Positions 18,295 through 21,261 of a DNA stretch of 21,261 bases are shown here, in pieces. Source of the stretch: Trueperaceae bacterium (GTDB lineage Bacteria > Deinococcota > Deinococci > Deinococcales > Trueperaceae); assembly GCA_040905465.1 (NCBI GenBank), contig JBBDRK010000049.1, positions 290,413-311,673 on the forward strand. The letters run 5' to 3'. The position numbers and the translations under genes were made by a program. The notes under the pieces were generated by a model, which saw only the letters and a list, made by a program, of their open reading frames with translations, had not been told where the DNA came from and did not search any database. Position 1 is the stretch's first letter; each line of letters starts with the position of its first letter.

Positions 18295-18362
18295 CGGGTT
18301 CTTTCGGCATTTACCCGTGGTCGGGAGTCGTTAACGGCGATGCCGCCGCGACGGCTAACAGC

Positions 18363-18371
18363 TGCTAAAAT
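18363..18371 (+). promoter_or_regulatory. Extended -10 (TGcTAAAAT) for the tRNA
   Basis: 64 nt upstream of the mature tRNA 5' end. Confidence 0.55.
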
Positions 18372-18435
18372 GACGGAGCGCAACTCGTCTTCGCGGGACG
18401 CGCGCTTGCGGCGCCGGCCGCTTCGCCGGATTCAT

Positions 18436-18512
18436 GGGCCCTTAGCTCAGTTGGTTAGAGCAGTCGACTCATAATCGATTGGTCGTTGGTTCAAGTCCAA
18501 CAGGGCCCACCA
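18436..18512 (+). tRNA. tRNA-Ile2 (anticodon CAT, lysidine-modified); scanners may label it Met
   Basis: 77 nt: acceptor stem GGGCCCT/AGGGCCC, D-arm GCTC..GAGC, anticodon arm GTCGA-CTCATAA-TCGAT, T-arm GTTGG-TTCAAGT-CCAAC and encoded CCA. It resembles the ileX type, and lacks the initiator C1 mismatch and the three G-C anticodon pairs. Confidence 0.95.
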
Positions 18513-18525
18513 ACAGGGCCCACCA
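18500..18525 (+). repeat. Tandem 13-bp duplication of the tRNA 3' end
   Basis: ACAGGGCCCACCA at 18500-18512 and again at 18513-18525. Confidence 0.9.
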
Positions 18526-18872
18526 AATAGCACCTTTGGGACGCTCACGCAGGTTCCCGGTCGCGTCCGAGTTTGGGCAGAAGCTAAGTACTCAGTTGGA
18601 ACAGCGCCCGCTCGTTGCAAGCACAAAACGAGAAGGCCCCGCCAACTCACAAAGCAGGAGGAGGCGGGGCGTCGTGCATCCGGCTTCAGAGCCTTAATTT
18701 GCTCAGACTGGACACCTAACTGGTAGTGGGATCCCCGCCGCCTAGTCTTTACCCCCCCCAGTTGATTCCCTCAATCGAATCAGTGACTACCCGGAAACGC
18801 CTGCCGCTGGCTCACCCCAGAACTACTACCTCATTCCGCTTAGGACGTGAAAACCGACAGAATCGGTTAGTA

Positions 18873-19265
18873 GCGGCGCACTTCGATGCCCGCGAGCTGT
18901 TCTTCCGCAAGGTCGCTTTGGACGGTCACGTGCGCGTGAACAATGTGGCTTTCAGCGTCCCGCCGGAAACGGTCGGCAGCACCGTACACATCAGGGTCAC
19001 CGGGAAACTGCCGGGCGACAGCCTGGAGGTCATGCTCAACGGCGAGATAATCGTCGTGCATAACGTGCCGGCACCAGGCGAGCGGCGGGTAGCCGCCAAC
19101 CTACGGCTCTCCGGCATACCCATCAAGAAGACCCTCGAGGAGTTCGACTATGCCGCCCAGGAGAGCTTCCCCAAACGCACCATCGACGAGCTCGCCACCC
19201 TACGCTTCCTCCGCAACGGTGAGAACATCCTGCTCCTAGGACCAACCGGTGTCGGAAAGACCCAC
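18873..19265 (+). pseudogene. IS21-family relic: istA C-terminal fragment fused in frame to an istB N-terminal fragment
   Basis: RKVALDGHVRVNNVAFSVP...GSTV (IstA C-terminal, Mu-like), then LRLSGIP.KKTLEEFDY...IDELATLRFL..GENILLLGPTGVGKTH (IstB), cut off right after Walker A. No DDE core and no Walker B. Confidence 0.85.
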
Positions 19266-19694
19266 TGTAAGACAGCGAGAGCACTCCGCTGTGGGTCAAC
19301 GGCCGCACTTCACTCATCACGGGCACGCCCTTCGAAATTGTAGTGGCGAGAGCGTCAGCCACCGAGCTGCCAAGATCTTACTGCGCGCCCAAGTGGAGCA
19401 GGAACTCCGCGACGCCGGCCAAGTCATCCGGCACGTTAGCTGCCGCGGCGTCCATGGTGCCTGCCGTGACCAATCACCTTTGCGCAACATCACCACCACC
19501 GCAAGGCATTTAGCGCTGTGGAACTCGATACGCCGAGGCACAGCGCGTTGGGCAGACTTGGAGGGCGATCCTAGCTTCTGCAAAAAGCCAAAGGAAGCCC
19601 CTTGCTCACCAGCGAGCATAAAGGGGCGGGCCGACGAGGGTCTCGTCCATCGAACATGCAACCGTGAAACCTTGTAACTACGACGGCATGGCAC

Positions 19695-19700
19695 TATAGT
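19695..19700 (+). promoter_or_regulatory. -10 (TATAGT), leaderless promoter of the NTPase gene
   Basis: Lies 7 nt before ATG 19708. Confidence 0.6.
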
Positions 19701-19707
19701 TGCAGGA

Positions 19708-21162
19708 ATGAGTCTCGCCGCGCCCCGCCTGATCGACCGCGAGCAGGAGTGCCGTGAGCTCCAGCGGCTGCTAGAGGACGGCAGCCCCAAGCTCGCGCTG
19801 CTCACCGGACGCCGGCGCGTCGGAAAGACCTTCCTCCTAACCCACGCCTGGGGCGCCCGCGAATACTTCCTCTTCACCGCCTCACGAGTAACCGGCGAAG
19901 CCAACCGCCACCAGTTCCTAAAGGATCTCGCTGCATGGTCGGGCGAGGAGATCAGGGGCGAGGATTACCCCACTTGGCGCACCGTGTTCAACCTCATCCT
20001 CGACCTCAAGAGCCCCCAACCACTCGTGGTCGTACTCGACGAGTTCCAGTACCTGGCCGAGGACGGCAACCTCGCAGAAGTAGCTAGCGAGCTCAACGCC
20101 GCCTGGGAACGCAAACGGCCGCAACGGCCACTGCTCCTGGTCCTCTCCGGCAGTGCCGTGAACACCATGGAAGGCCTTGCTGGTGGCGGCGCCCCCCTGT
20201 ACGGTCGTTTCGCCTGGCAGCACCGGCTCCAGCCCTTCACCTACTGGCACGCAGCAGAGCTTGCGCCCTTCGCGGATCCCCGCGACCGCGCTACCGCCTA
20301 CGGAGTGTTCGGCGGCACACCAAGGTACCTTGCCGCCATCGACTCCCAGTGGTCTCTCGCCGAGAACATCCAGAACCTCCTGCTCGCGCCGACCGGCGAG
20401 GTACGCACCCTCGTCGAGACCGCCCTCGACCAGGAGGAGGGACTGCGGGACGTCGCCAAGTACCGGAGCATCCTCCGGGCCGTCGCCCAGGGCCGCACGC
20501 TCCGCAACGAGATCGCCGACGTGGCTGGCCTCGAGAACAATCACGCATTCCGCTTGAAACTCGAGCGGCTTATAGAACTCGGCTACCTGGAGACCCACAA
20601 GAACATCGACGCAAGAGCCTCCGAACCGGTCCGCTACTACGTGGCCGACCCCGCCTTTCGCTTCTACCAACGGTTCGTCGAACCGAACACCAGCACACTG
20701 GAACGCTACGAACCCGCTCACGTCTGGGAGCAAGCGGTAGAATCGCACCTCGACACGTACATGGGGCACGAGTTCGAGCGGATCGCTCGGCAAGCCTACG
20801 ATCGATTCGCCACCGAGCTCGACCTGCCCCTGGTCGAAGAGTGGGGAAGATGGGAAGGCAAGGACCGAAACGGCGACTCCCTGGAGATCGACATCGTTTC
20901 ACCCCTCCTCCGCGGCGGCATCCTCACCGGCAGCATCAAGTGGAACCGGCGTCCGATCGGGCCCGATGTCCACTGGACCCACCTCGACATGCTCGAGCGC
21001 GCCGGCAGAGCAGGTCGCAAGTGGGCACACCGAGCGCTAGAGGGCGACGCGCCGATCCTCTACGTCGCCGCGGGTGGCTTCACCCCCGCGTTCAACAAGA
21101 CCATCGAGGAAAGCGAATGGCCGGTCGCCCTTTGGACGCTCCGCGACATCTACCGGCAGTAG
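19708..21162 (+). CDS. 'Archaeal ATPase'-type P-loop NTPase + winged helix + DUF234/restriction-endonuclease-like C-terminus
   Basis: IDREQE, Walker A TGRRRVGKT, Walker B VVVLDEFQYL, LSGS, PLYGR, GGTPRYL, wHTH (RNEIADVAG..LERLIELGYL), YYVADPAFRFY..FV, GHEFE, GRW..EIDIV and GSIKW. Confidence 0.88.
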   Translation: MSLAAPRLIDREQECRELQRLLEDGSPKLALLTGRRRVGKTFLLTHAWGAREYFLFTASRVTGEANRHQFLKDLAAWSGEEIRGEDYPTWRTVFNLILDLKSPQPLVVVLDEFQYLAEDGNLAEVASELNAAWERKRPQRPLLLVLSGSAVNTMEGLAGGGAPLYGRFAWQHRLQPFTYWHAAELAPFADPRDRATAYGVFGGTPRYLAAIDSQWSLAENIQNLLLAPTGEVRTLVETALDQEEGLRDVAKYRSILRAVAQGRTLRNEIADVAGLENNHAFRLKLERLIELGYLETHKNIDARASEPVRYYVADPAFRFYQRFVEPNTSTLERYEPAHVWEQAVESHLDTYMGHEFERIARQAYDRFATELDLPLVEEWGRWEGKDRNGDSLEIDIVSPLLRGGILTGSIKWNRRPIGPDVHWTHLDMLERAGRAGRKWAHRALEGDAPILYVAAGGFTPAFNKTIEESEWPVALWTLRDIYRQ

Positions 21163-21218
21163 CCGACCGGAATAGGGCAATACCGAAGCGGCTAATGTTA
21201 TTTCAGAAGGAGCCGCCG

Positions 21219-21261
21219 CATAATCTATTTGTCGCAGGTTCAAGTCCAGACGGGCCCGCCA
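21219..21261 (+). repeat. Degenerate copy of the tRNA-Ile2 3' half (att-like)
   Basis: 35/43 identical without gaps to 18470-18512, running from the anticodon (CATAATC) to CCA. No D-arm upstream, and the T-stem is broken. Confidence 0.8.

Larger units (their letters stand above)
18470..21261. mobile_element. Degenerate tRNA-integrated islet (no integrase in view)
   Basis: Bounded by 43-bp imperfect direct repeats (18470-18512 and 21219-21261). Contains an IS relic and an accessory NTPase gene. Confidence 0.7.

Noticed and set aside
18436..18512. tRNA-Met or tRNA-fMet
   Set aside because: G1-C72 is paired, the anticodon stem lacks GGG/CCC, and the sequence follows the Ile2 pattern.
18636..18670. 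GCCCCGCC-N19-GGCGGGGC inverted repeat as tRNA terminator
   Set aside because: Long loop and no U-tract on the plus strand; at most a minus-strand terminator relic.
19249..19677. 142-aa ORF between the IS relic and the NTPase gene
   Set aside because: No recognisable motif or initiation signal; probably decayed mobile DNA.
21181..21261. Second complete tRNA gene at the window end
   Set aside because: No acceptor 5' strand or D-arm, and a mismatched T-stem; treated as an att-like fragment.

Overview
High-GC chromosomal window next to the replication origin of a Deinococcota bacterium. The assignment rests on the DnaA, MnmG and GreA sequences and on leaderless TANNNT-N5-7-start promoters; a Trueperaceae-like lineage is a guess. 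Left to right: dnaA (-), divergent from mnmG-rsmG-parA-parB, with two parS sites (one inside the mnmG/rsmG overlap); mdh; HxlR- and Fur/PerR-like regulators; a COG3375-type GNAT; a four-gene coupled operon (small protein, SHOCT-like+DUF4097/Toastrack-like, SHOCT-like, DUF2089) behind a near-consensus sigma70 promoter with a palindrome on its -35; dnaJ; miaA (-), divergent from hsp20 and a DUF3445 heme N-demethylase-like gene; a perfect 34-bp palindrome; a lptC-lptA-lptA-like operon (-); greA (-); and tRNA-Ile2(CAT). After the tRNA is a ~2.7-kb islet ending in a degenerate 43-bp copy of the tRNA 3' half. It holds an IS21 istA/istB deletion-fusion relic and one intact NTPase-wHTH-PD-(D/E)XK-like gene, a candidate stand-alone defence gene. 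Best leads: this islet, the three-SHOCT regulatory operon, an RsmG that has lost most family motifs but carries parS, and the Lpt-like bridge. All family calls are by eye from motifs; no database search was run.
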